DNA from: Octopus vulgaris
Lineage: Eukaryota
Length of the DNA stretch: 64,000 nucleotides
NCBI GenBank assembly: GCA_951406725.2
Contig: OX597832.1
Span: 57,102,001-57,166,000 of the forward strand
Direction: 5' to 3'
The first letter of the stretch is position 1. Every line of letters begins with the position of its first letter. Below are positions 52,186-64,000 of this stretch, piece by piece. The notes beneath the pieces were generated by a model, which was not told the DNA's origin, did not search any database, and saw only the letters and a program-made list of their open reading frames with translations. The translations under genes and the position numbers were made by a program.

Positions 52186-53921
52186 CATTTTAGTCAGAGA
52201 TAAGAGAATCCTCATGTAGAAACACTTCAAAGTTTCTCACAGACGTCACCAGAGTCCAGTTGTCATGGAACCGACATTGACTGGAGAGACAAGGATGTGA
52301 AACAAACATTGAAGTGCCACAGAAACAATCACATGAAGCAGTAGAAACCAGTGATGGGTGTCAAAACAAATGCAATGGACACCAAAGGGTTTGATATGTA
52401 AACTTTAAGATAACGATTTCTTGTGAAGGTACAAAGTCATAAGTTTTATGTGGGCGGAAGTACAAGTAGCAGTGATGGTTGTGGTGGTGGGGTGAATGAT
52501 TGATTAGTATTGATTCTAGTGATTGCTCTGTTATTTATTGATTTCTTGGAAGGATGAAAAATAAAGACCGTCATGCTTGGCAGAATATCAAGAGCAGCAA
52601 CATGTTTGCACTAAGTGGTTTTTGACCAATGCATTAATGATTCTGTTTATCCAGCAGTGTTCGAACTTATGAAGTAGTGAGATCAAACGGAAGAAAGGTT
52701 GATAAAAGAAAGGAAAGCGAATGAGAAAATAAAAGGAAGGAGAAGAGCAAAAGAAACAAAGGGACCTTTGGAGTGCACTCTGTGACATCAAGGTGTCTGG
52801 TCTACTTCTAGAAAATATTCTATGAGAGCAACTTAAATAAGAACCACAGCCCATAATTCTGGGTTCTTAGTGGCAACCCGATCCACTCACAAAGCTTTAA
52901 TAGAAGACGCTTGCCTAAGGTGCCACAGGATTGAACCTAGAACCATGTGATTAGGAAGTGAATTTCTTACCACACAACCACTAATAATATAATAATGGTT
53001 TCAGCTTTTGACTCATGGCCACAAAGTTCAGGACATGCGGTAAGTCAGTTACATCGACCCCCAGTATGCAACTGGTACATGTTTTATCGACCTCGGAAGG
53101 ATGAAATCACTAGCATAGCCAGAGTGTGTGCTGCTCAGGGCGGCCCTTCCATTTACTGCCCCTTAGACACCACAAAAAACATATATTGCCTACAGCAGAC
53201 CCAATGGTTGGGACAGCGATGAGACCACCACCACCACCACCACCATCACCATCTTGTAAGGCAATGATAGAGGGAGCTAAAAAGGGCTTTCATAATTTCT
53301 CTTACAGTCAACTAACGTCTTAGAACTAAACCAGTTATTACATCTGAAGCCCCTTGACTCTGGGGTACCTTAAACCACCCAGGAGAGTTGAAACACAGAC
53401 AGCTTCACAGAATCAAGCAGCAGATGAAGCATCCAGGAGTCATGACCTGGCCCGCCCTCACCCTTTGCTACTCTAGTGGATGAAAGACAAAGTTGATCTT
53501 GATGGGATTTGAACTTAGAACATAAAGACAGGGGTTCAAAGAAAGTTAAGAGTTGAAATTATAGAATGAAGTTCAAGAATTTAGATCAGTGCTTTGCAAG
53601 TGGTATGCCATGGCACATTGGTGTGCCACGAGATGAGGTATGGTGTGTTTGCAGTGTAACCTGAATATAATTTCTTTCCCTATATTTTTAGTTATATAGC
53701 TAGAGTGTGTGCTGCACAAAGCAGCCCTTCCGTTTATTGTCCCAGGATCTCACAAAGAACACAATACCTACAGCAGACCCAAAAGTTCTCATCTGGTACT
53801 TATTTTATATTTTTAGATCAGGTGTGCCACTGAATTTCGCAAAGAACATAAGTGTACCACGGGCATATGGCATAATGGTTAAGAGCATTGGCTACTAACC
53901 CCATTCGATTCCAAGCAGTGA

Positions 53922-53987
<66 letters not shown>

Positions 53988-54276
53988 TGATGATAATAAT
54001 AAAAATAATAATAATAACAACAACAACAGCAACGACAATAACAACAACGACAACAGTAATTTTTTTTCCTACTCTAGGCACAAAGCCCGAAATTTTGGAG
54101 GAGGGGACCAGTCAATTTGATCAATCCCAGTATGCAGCTGGTACTTAATTTATTGACCCCAAAAGGATGAAAGGCAAAGTCGAACTCGGTGGAATTTGAA
54201 CTCAGAACATGGCGGCAGACAAAATACTGCTAACCATTTTGCCCAACATGCTAATGATTCTGCCAGCTCGCTGCCC

Positions 54277-54345
<69 letters not shown>

Positions 54346-54814
54346 CAACAACACCACCGGTTGTCAAGCAAGGATTAGGGAACACACAGATACAAAAATT
54401 CACACGCGCACACACATACACATATACACACATACACATATATATGATGGGCGTCTTTCAGTTTCCATCTACCAAATCCATTCACAAAGCTTTGGTTGGC
54501 CTGAGGCTATAGTAGAAGACACTGGTCCAAGGTGTCACGCAGTGGGACTGAACCCAGAACCATGTGGTTGGTAAACAAGCTACTTACTTGTAAGAAGATT
54601 TCTTACTACATAGCTACTAATAATATAATAATGGTTTAAAATTTCGGTACAAGGCCAACAGTTTCGGGGTGGGGCTGGGGTGGGGGAAGTTGATTACATC
54701 GAATCCAGTGCTCAACTGGTACTTATTTTATCAACTCCCAAAGAGATGAAAAACAAATTGACCGTGACAGAATTTGAACTCAGGATGTAAAGGCAGATGA
54801 AATGTCGCCATCTC

Positions 54815-54994
54815 CACCACCACCAACGCTGCCATCAACACCCCGCCGCCACCACCACCACAACCACCACCACTACCAACACCATCACTACCAACAACAT
54901 CACCGCCACCACAGCCACCACCACCACCACCATCACGACCAGCATCACCACCATTATCAATGTAGTTGTCAATAGTGGGGGGGACAACGATGAC

Positions 54995-55026
<32 letters not shown>

Positions 55027-55332
55027 CAACACTATCATCAATATAGTTGTTGTCAATGGTGGGGGACTACCACCACCACTACCACCACCACCAACAACAA
55101 CAATGAAAACAACAACAACAACCACCGCTGCCGCCACCACCGCCACTACCACCACCATCAATGTAGTTGTTGTCAATGGTGGGGGACAACGATGACACCA
55201 CCACCACCACCACCACCACCACCACCATCACCACCACTACCACCACCACCATCATCAATATAGTTGTTGTCAATGGTGGGGGACAACGATGACACTATCG
55301 CCACCACCACCAACAACAACAACACCACCACC
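54815..55332. repeat. (CAC/AAC)n array with four recurring anchor motifs
   Basis: ATCAAT.TAGTTGT..CAAT.GTGGGGGAC near 54956, 55037, 55157, 55254. Confidence 0.85.
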
Positions 55333-55463
55333 TTGACTGTATAATGGAGGTATTTTACGGAAGGGGATGCTTATATACCTAGAGTCCCCTTGATCCATCT
55401 TCCACATAAATACCTTTGGTATTTAACTCTTTAGCATTTAAACCAGCCATATCTGGTTTAAAT

Positions 55464-55860
55464 GTGGAAGCACGTGGCTTAGTGGCCAGGGTGTTGGATT
55501 CATGATTGTAAGATTGTGGTTTCAATTCCTGGACCAGGCAACGCATCGTGTTCTTAAGCAAGACACTTCACTTCACATTGTGACAGTCCACTCAGCTGTA
55601 GAAATGAGTGCCACTCGTGGTGGTGCATTGATTCATGGTTAGAGTGTTGGATTCATGACGAAGATTGTGGTTTCAATCCCTGGACTAGGCAATCTATTGT
55701 GTTCTTGAGCAAAACACTTCATTTCGTGTTGTTCCTCTCCACTCAACTGGCAAAAGTGAGTAATCCTACGAGGGACTGGCGTCCCATCCAGGTGGGGAAT
55801 TTATAAGCCATGAAACCAGGAAACAGGCCCTTATGAACTGATATGACTCGAGAGGGTAAC
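55464..55860 (+). mobile_element. SINE family D: two tandem tRNA-like heads, second with V-domain-like segment
   Basis: GGTTTCAATTCC / GGTTTCAATCCC B-boxes; GGACTGGCGTCCCATCCAGG resembles the recalled V-SINE motif. Confidence 0.6.
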
Positions 55861-56481
55861 TTAACCTTTTTACCTATATCCGGCCCCTAAATATTCTACT
55901 TGTTCAAACTGGCTATAAATGGCCTCTCACACCTACCCTATAATGTTATTCCAAAGATATGCAATCTTATCATCAAAATCTTGAAACTATGAATTAATGC
56001 TGGATTAATTCAAAACAATGTGAATAAATAAACATTATATTTGACAAAGAAATATGAACACCAAAGTGTTAAAAGGCTACAGTTTCAAGTTAAAATCAGC
56101 TTTTTTCGATCTATAAATCAATCTCAGTGACAAACTGTATGTGTTGCTATGTTACGTCATAAACAGCATTTTCCCCCTTCACGGGAAAATGTAATGCGGA
56201 ACATACAATAGTCGGAAGCCCACGTAATAATCTTTTCCGATATGCACTTTATGGAAAACACTCAAGATGGTTAATAAAGAAGTTATGGATTTAAAGTCGA
56301 CAGTAAATATGAAAAACAAATAATTCAATCAAAGATGAGAGATGAAATAGCGTTAGATAATGGGAAACTTTCAAATCAGATGCGAATATGTGTATAGCAT
56401 GGCAGACAGCATTATATCATGTGTCACCTGAGAAACACTCAGTAACCAATATATATATATACATATATATATTCATATATA

Positions 56482-56714
56482 AAAGGTGGCGAGGTGGCAG
56501 AAATGTTAGCACGCCGGGCGAAATGTTTAGCAACATTTCGTCTGCCGCTATGTTCTGAGTTCTAATTCCGCCGAGGTCGACTTTGCCTTTCATCCTTTCG
56601 GGGTCGATTAAATAAGTACCAGTTACGCATTGGGGTCGATATAATTGACTTAATCCGTTTGTCCGTCGTTGTTTGTCCCCTCTGTGTTTAGCCCCTTGTG
56701 GGTAGTAAAGAAAT
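56482..56714 (+). mobile_element. SINE family A monomer
   Basis: Colinear with 41412-41639. Confidence 0.9.
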
Positions 56715-56915
56715 AGAAATACATATATACATTTATATATATATGTGTATATATATGCATGTGTGTATATATATATATGTGTGTGTGTGTGTATATTTAT
56801 ATATAAATATATGTATGTATATATGCATGTGTGTGTATGTGTGTATGTGTGTGCATTTGTGTGTGGAGCAGAAAGAGGATGTGTATATATTTACTCTCTC
56901 TTTTACTCTTTTACT

Positions 56916-57316
56916 CTTTTACTTGTTTCAGTCATTTGACTGCGGCCATGCTGGAGCACCGCCTTTAATCGACCAACTCGACCCCGGGACTTATGCTTTT
57001 GTAAGCCCAGTACTTATTCTATCAGCCTCTTTTGCCGAACCGCTAAGTAACGGGGACGTAAACACACCAGCATCGGTTGTCAAGCAATGCTAGGGGGAAT
57101 GCTAGGGGGACAAACACAAACACACACATGCATGTATATATATACATATATACGACAGGCTTCTTTCAGTTTCCGTCTACCAAATCCACTCACAAGGCTT
57201 TGGTCGGCCCGAGGCTACAGTAGAAGACACTTGCCCAAGGTGCCACACAGTGGGACTGAACCCGGAACCATGTTGTTGGTAAACAAGCTACTTACCACAC
57301 AGCCACTCCTGCGCCT
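56916..57316 (-). mobile_element. SINE family B (low divergence)
   Basis: Colinear with 2409-2803. Confidence 0.9.
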
Positions 57317-57514
57317 ATAATAATCTATAATTAGAAAATATAATTATAATTAGGGGTCTGCGGGATTGCTCGTAACATACATGTGGGTATTAAGGATAAA
57401 TATGTGTTCACATTCGGCTGTATATTTCTAGAAGTGTTGGTTAGATATCAGTTATACGATGACGCTCAATCGCGTACATATTTAATCCTAACACTCTCAA
57501 AATTATATTTGAAA

Positions 57515-57584
57515 GGTTGCACTGATGAGATGAAATAAGTAAGTAAATATAACTTTACTTTAATCCTGAAACGCGTATGTAGCT
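57515..57584 (+). ncRNA. Type I hammerhead motif with extended stem II
   Basis: GGTTGCA-CTGATGA-GAT..AAGTAAA-TATAAC-TTTACTT..ATC-CT-GAAA-CGCG-TA^TGTAGCT; 7-bp stem I with wobbles, palindromic ACGCGT. Confidence 0.7.
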
Positions 57585-57902
57585 AATCTGAGTCATGTGG
57601 ATTTATTATTTTTTCTTTTTGCCTAAATAAAAAAAGTGTTACTATCTGGGAGATCTTTATGGTAGTAGAAAAGGCATTTAACTTCTATTTCTAAATTTGG
57701 TGCGTGGTGAAGCAATTAGCTGACCCTTAATTATAATTATAGAATATTTGTATAATTTTACCTAAAAAGGTTATTTTAACGTACTGATCTACTTGGTAAA
57801 ATTATTAATTATTAATTAATTCATTGATTAATTATTTAATTAATTTTACCCTTTTATCATTATCATCATCATTATTATTATTATTTATTATTATTATATA
57901 TA

Positions 57903-58771
57903 TTGGTTCATCCCATAAATAATGCAGTTTTTTAAAATTCTTTTACTTTTCAAAATTAAGAAAACCAAAGTTCTTTTTTAATCTAAAATATACACACCTT
58001 CATTTTCTACAATGCTCTTCCATCTATCTGGTAGACTTGCAAGGGTGCCTCTACCAAAATTCACTTGTCTGTGACAGAAAATACTCCTCCAGTACTGTTC
58101 TGACCTTGCCTACAGAATTCATATTTTTTCCCATCCAAATGATTTTGAAGACTGTGGAATAAATGATAATCAGATGGGGCAAGGTCTGGTAAATATGGCG
58201 GATGGAGCCTTGTTTCCCATTCAAACTGCTCCAATTTTTGGAATGTCATCCTTGCTGTATGTGACCAAGCATTATCATGATAGAAGAACACCGTTCGACT
58301 TGAAACCAAAGATGGGTGTTTTCTGATGTTTGAATAACTAAATCCAAGCTTCTCTGCTAGTTCCTCAAAAGTTACAATGGGATTTTCTTCCACCAGGGTT
58401 TGCAGGATGCCCTCACCGAACTCTACAAATCTTCCAGGACAAGGCTCATCTTCTAGGCTGTTATTTTCTGGCATGGAATTTCTGGAACCACCGTTGACAC
58501 TGCATTAATATTCCTCGCACTTTCTGCTGTGTTGCTGCCTTTATTGAACTCATAAATATATCAAATATGCTCCTTTGTTACTTCCATTACAGCTTTGAAA
58601 AAATAACTGTTAAAATCGAACTGCACTCTTCAAAACGTGCACAAAGAATAAGGTCAAGGGAAAATTACTACCTGCTTTTACAGCAAGTTGATGCAGGTAG
58701 TTTATCCCATCCCCCTCTGACTTTTAGTTCATGCAATTGAAAAGAACTACATTATTTATAGGATGACCCAA
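57903..58771 (-). mobile_element. Internally deleted mariner (DD34D)
   Basis: TIRs TTGGTTCATCCCATAAATAATG / CATTATTTATAGGATGACCCAA with TA; HDNA..HPPYLPDLAPSDYHLF (34-residue spacing). Confidence 0.92.
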
Positions 58772-58790
58772 TATCATCGTCATCACACAC

Positions 58791-58829
<39 letters not shown>

Positions 58830-58846
58830 TACACTTATATATACAT

Positions 58847-58882
<36 letters not shown>

Positions 58883-59269
58883 TACAAAAACTCTTTGTGA
58901 TTGCTTGCATGCATGCTTGCATACTTGCTTGCATGCATGATTGTCTATAATTTAATAGTCAAACCAGTGCATAATGATAAAATACTTTGAAAGTAACCCT
59001 AAATAATACAAATTGCTTGCACAGTGAGTCATTAGATTTCAGCTTTCTTTAAACAGACAATATTTTAATTACGGAAAAGTATTTTTAAGTGAATATGATT
59101 TGAAAAATACAAGTTGTTTGTTGAGTAAATATTTTTATTTAGCTTTCTTTAAACAGACAATATTTTAATTATTTAGAAATATTTTTAGGTGATGATTTAA
59201 AAAAAATTTTTTTAGGTAATAAGAAATTTTTCTGAGGTGAATATAATTTTCTATTCTTAGATCATGCCT

Positions 59270-59715
59270 CAATGATCTAAGATAGTGGGAGGAGAGCGCA
59301 GCTAAGGAGAGCCAAAGAAGGTGAGCAAGATAGTGGTGAATGCCAACAACAAGATTGGGACAGGCATACGAATAGAAGGACTGATGAGACTGATAAAGGA
59401 AGGGCTGAATGTCTGGTGGAACAGAGGGAAAGAGACAGAAGCAGGAGAAGTCAGGAATTGGATGCTCAGAGAGCTGAGCATCTGGTGGAACAGAGGGAAA
59501 GAGACAGAAGCAGGCGAGATCAGGAATCGAATATTTGGAGAGCTGAGCATCTGGTAGAATCAGATGCTTGGAGAGCATTTTTTTCCTCTTAATTGTTTTT
59601 GTCAAAGAGCATAGGCTCGAAACATTTTCTGTTTTCCTCAAGTGTTAAACTAATACCCCTGCTTGTTGTTCTTACATCTGTCTTCATCGTTTGTTTTCAG
59701 TAAATTTCAACTATA
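59270..59715 (+). mobile_element. PLE-like fragment with internal direct repeat and degenerate hammerhead (~59596-59627)
   Basis: Tail homologous to 18550-18680; duplicated unit starting at 59412 and 59481. Confidence 0.55.
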
Positions 59716-59717
59716 TA

Positions 59718-60851
59718 CAGGGTGTGGTAAATAAACTGTCGTCCAAATTACACCAAAATCAAAATAACACTGACATCACATTTTAAAAGATATCATCATC
59801 ATCATCGTTTAACGTCCGTTTTCCATGCTAGCACGGGTTAGACGGTTCGACCGGGGTCTGGGAAGCCAGGACTGCACCAGGCTCCAGTCTGATCTGGCAG
59901 TGTTTCTACAGCTGGATGCCCTTCCTAACGCCAACCACTCTGCGAGTGTAGTGGGTGCTTTTTACGTGCCACCTGCACAGGTGCCAGGGGGGTCTGGCAT
60001 CGGCCACGATCGGTTGGTGCTTTTAACGTGCCACCGGCACGATCAAAATTACATAAAAATATCTTGAAATACTAAAGAGTAAATTTATTCAATAAAATTG
60101 CCATTGGCATCAACCATTGCCTCCAGACGACTTGAGAATCTCATGCAACTCTTCTGGATGGTCTCCTTGTTTAAGTTGATAACTGCTGCCATAGTCCTTG
60201 CCTTCAGTTCATCTTTGATGTCACAAGGAGTTTTGTTGATCTCTCATTCAGCTGCACCCCACACATAATAATCAAGGGGTTTAAAGTCTGGGGAATTAGG
60301 TGGCCTGATGTTAGGGGCAATGTGGTTGCAGAAATTGTCTGACAGCCATGTCTGGGTTTTTCCTGTTTGTGTGGCATGGTACAGAGTCCTGTTGCCAGAC
60401 ATAGGGCCTTCCAGCAGTCACCCTCTTCACCCAGGGCAGCACTGCCTCATCCAGGCACTTGATGTAGGCCTCCGTGCTGAGCGTGAGGCCATATGGGAAG
60501 ATGAATGGAGACATAACAGTTGCCATCACTAGTGATCACTCCAAACACCATGATGTTGACTGTATGTTTGATTTTTATCTATCTTGGTACAAGTCCTCAG
60601 ATTGCACTGTCCTTAGATTGACACCCAAACATTCTGAAATGTTCGTATTAGAGCTTCTGGCATGAATACCAAGCAGTACAGCATGTTGTTTCCAAATTTC
60701 TGGCTGAATGAATTGCATCATGGTTCTGTTTTTCTCACAGATGGTGCCCAACTGACCCTACTATACTGTGTAGTTGACAAAATCAAAAACAAACAATGCA
60801 CATGCACAAAAGTTAAAATATAAAATTACGACAATTTACCCATCGCACCCT
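59718..60851 (-). mobile_element. DD37D (maT-type) element with both TIRs, internally deleted, interrupted by an RTE tail (59793-60040, minus)
   Basis: Imperfect TIRs CAGGGTG..AAA.TGTCGT at both ends; QQD..SPDFKPLD gives 37-residue spacing after correcting one frameshift. Confidence 0.85.
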
Positions 60852-61019
60852 ACACACACACACACACACACAATTTGGCATTGTGGTTTTATTAAGTGCC
60901 AGCAGAAAAAGGATTTAGCCCCCAAGGACATTCATGCTGACGTGATTGCTACATTAGGGGATGACGTTCCAGCTTTATCAACATGTGTGTGTGTGTGTGT
61001 GTGTGTGTGAGTGTGTGTG

Positions 61020-61350
61020 TGAGTGTGTGTGTGTGTGTACATGAGGATGTTCTGAAAGTATTGTTTCTAGAATAAGAATACGATGGAGGAAGTTCAGAGA
61101 ACTTCTACCTCTGTTGGCAAGAAAAGGACTCTCTTTCAGAGTGAAAGGCAGATTGTATGACGTTTGTGTATGAACAGCTATACTCCATGGTAGTGAGACA
61201 TGGGCTCTGAATGCAGGCGACATGTGGAGACTGGAGAGGAATGAATGTAGCATGCTTCATTGGATGTGCAACATCAGTGTGCACATACAACAAAAGGCAA
61301 ATGTGTTGAGAGAAAAGTTGGGCAAAAGAGGAATTAACTGCAGCATGAAA
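61020..61350 (+). mobile_element. Older RTE ORF fragment
   Basis: GCSESIVSRIRI..KFRELLPLL..KGRLYD..LHGSETW. Confidence 0.8.
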
Positions 61351-61387
61351 GACGGTCAGTAGCGACACCTGCTGATTCTGACTACGC

Positions 61388-61426
61388 TGCATTGATAAAG
61401 GGCAACAACCCTGAAACATGTCTGCA
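61388..61426 (+). ncRNA. Degenerate minimal hammerhead motif
   Basis: TGCA-TTGATAA-AGGG-CAACAA-CCCT-GAAA-CATG-TC^TGCA; all stems intact, core has two substitutions. Confidence 0.55.
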
Positions 61427-62259
61427 TATGTCTGACTAGCAAGGTGAAGCGGCTGACCTCCCCTGTTCGAAGGTTGTAATGGACGCAGGTTCGTGTGTCA
61501 TATAGCTAGCTAGAGGTGATGGCCTCTTGGAGCTAATCAGCGACAGCTTTAGTCTTATATTTATAGACTGCCATATTAGTATGGCGATAACTATTAATAT
61601 CCAGTAACGCTGCCGTAATCTCCTTTAGAGAGACTTAGTAATTTTAATATTTCTATTATATATATGTATATATATGTATATATATATATATATATTTCCA
61701 GCATGGAAAATGGTTGTTAAATGATCATGATATATATATTTGCATGTGTGTGTGTGTGTGTGTAGCCATCTAAGAATCCATAAATCAGAAAGATAATACA
61801 CTAGTATATGTGTCAGTAGAGTGGGTACATTAATTGAAGTGTACAGTATTATATATCCATTACAGCTAATCTTACCGATCGGTTTTGCACTGCAGGTTGA
61901 AAGGAGTGTTAGGTAATAGTCTGATTATGTAACCTTGCACTCTTCAGAGATGGAATGAAATATGCTGACTGCTCTCTATTTTCGGAGATGAAGCGACACA
62001 TGCAGTTTGAGGTTGCTGTGAAAAAGACAAACATAGCGGAACTATACCAACACATTCTTCAATGTCCTGGAAATATATGGAATGTCACTTCACACAGTTA
62101 TACAGAAGAAAACATCCTCAGTTATTTTTCGCAGGAACTTAAATGCTCATGATGATGCAATGGTACAAGTTTGGTAAGACCAGTGGTCTAACGTTTTTTG
62201 GCAAAGTCTTGGATAAATACCCATTTATAGTTTTTATGTTTCTTCAATGTTTTCTTATG

Positions 62260-62440
62260 TGCCGGTTCCACATAAAAAGCACCCAGTCCACTCTGTGAGG
62301 GGACTGGTGTTAGAAAGGACATCCAACCATAAAAACCCTGCCAAAACGGACACTGAAGCCTGGTGCAGCCTTCTACCTAGCCAGCTCCTGTAAAACCATC
62401 CAACCCATATCAGCATGGAAAATGGATGTTAAGTGATGAC

Positions 62441-62480
<40 letters not shown>
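62260..62480 (+). mobile_element. RTE 3' tail copy with long (GAT)n
   Basis: Homology to other tails. Confidence 0.75.
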
Positions 62481-62741
62481 TCGACGAAGATGGTAATGAT
62501 GATGATCTTCTCACTCTCCCAAAATTTCTTTGGATTTCTATGTTCTAAATATCAGAGGTTATGATTCTGTAAATAAAATGTTTTTCAAAATTACAACTTC
62601 TTTTAAAAATATTTATCCATTTTTGACCTAATCTTTGAAAACATGAAAGATAATGTTGTGTAACTTTTACATTTTCAAAGATTTTTCTAGAAGCATATCT
62701 TTTAAACATAGCACGTAATTCTACACCAAAGATAGGATTAA

Positions 62742-62925
62742 TTTTAGGGGTTGGGGTTAGGCTTTAGCATCAGGGTTCAGTATTAGTATTAGGGTTTAGG
62801 TTTTAGGGAAAAGATTAAGATTAGGATTTAGAGTCAGGGTTTAAAATAAGAGCTTAGGTTTAGATTTTATAGGGTTTGTTCTTAGTTCTGAGGCTCAGGG
62901 TTTCAGGTTAAGGTTAAAACTAGGC
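62742..62925 (+). repeat. Degenerate TTAGGG-like array
   Basis: Many TTAGGG/TTAGG/TCAGGG variants. Confidence 0.6.
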
Positions 62926-63137
62926 TCATACAAAAATTAGGAAATTGGTAAGATTTTAATTTGTGCACAATATTTAACAATTTGTGTACAATAATTTGCA
63001 GTTTTAACAGGAAATCTGAAAAAACTATTCTTAAACACATTTTTAAAAGATTTATTAAAAGTTAAATAAATTTTGCTGGTGTTGTCACTAATTCCCTGAG
63101 GCTTCAGCTTAGACAATGCTAGGTAATTCAGCTACTA

Positions 63138-63555
<418 letters not shown>

Positions 63556-63564
63556 GTATATAAG

Positions 63565-64000
63565 GCAGAATAAAAAGGTTCCTTGCCCTGTTCTGTAGCA
63601 TGCCAGCTGATGGCAGCACACAGTTGCGTACACAATGAGAGCTAGCAGTGACATTCATGAGGCAGTGTGCTGAGGAACTTCACTGTGAAATTTGTGCTTT
63701 TGTGATCACATCTATGCTGTAGTCTGTGATTTTGTCATGGACAAGAACAAAGAATGTGAAATTTTGCCCTAAACTTGAGGAGTCTGCTACAGAGACAATG
63801 AGCATATTTTGACAAGCTTATGGTGACAAAGCAGTGGGTTGTACACAATGTTTCAAGGGACATTGATGCTTCAAAAGTGAAAGAATGTCTCTAGAAGGCG
63901 ATGAGCAATCTGGAGGGCCTGCCATGAGTGTCATTCTCGGAAATGTGGTATTGTGCATCGAGAATTATTCCTCCAGGGCCAGACCATCAATCGAGAGTTC
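63565..64000 (+). mobile_element. Decayed, internally deleted mariner (runs off window)
   Basis: QAYGDKAVG..CFKSERMSLEGDEQSG.P and GIVHRE remnants. Confidence 0.7.

Noticed and set aside
58061-58474. SETMAR-like host gene
   Set aside because: Only an internally deleted mariner between TIRs; no SET domain

Overview
AT-rich, extremely microsatellite- and retroposon-dense animal genomic DNA. The SINE families and SSR load suggest an octopus/coleoid cephalopod (inference, not verified). Only one host coding exon is convincing: the first coding exon of an LHFPL6/LHFP-like tetraspan gene on the minus strand (9377..8996, ending in a GT donor). Positions 1-8995 are therefore probably intronic, and the remaining ~54 kb contain no recognisable host exon. 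Nearly all other ORFs in the track are artefacts of simple repeats or SINEs. Mobile content: at least four tRNA-derived SINE families, RTE-clade LINE fragments and many RTE 3' tails, decayed Tc1/mariner elements of five catalytic types (DD41D, DD37D, DD34D, DD34E, DD35E), small MITEs, and many short Penelope-like (PLE) pseudo-LTR fragments, mostly next to (TA)n tracts. The most interesting signal is about a dozen type-I hammerhead-ribozyme motifs with palindromic stem III, folded by eye. They include one with a fully canonical core (22368-22458, minus), long-stem-II variants, core variants, inverted pairs forming 60-80 bp hairpins, and one fused to a tRNA-type Pol III head. Also notable are a SINE that appears to transpose as a tandem multimer, a minisatellite ending in a perfect 30-bp palindrome, and a pair of perfect CRE sites upstream of the gene.
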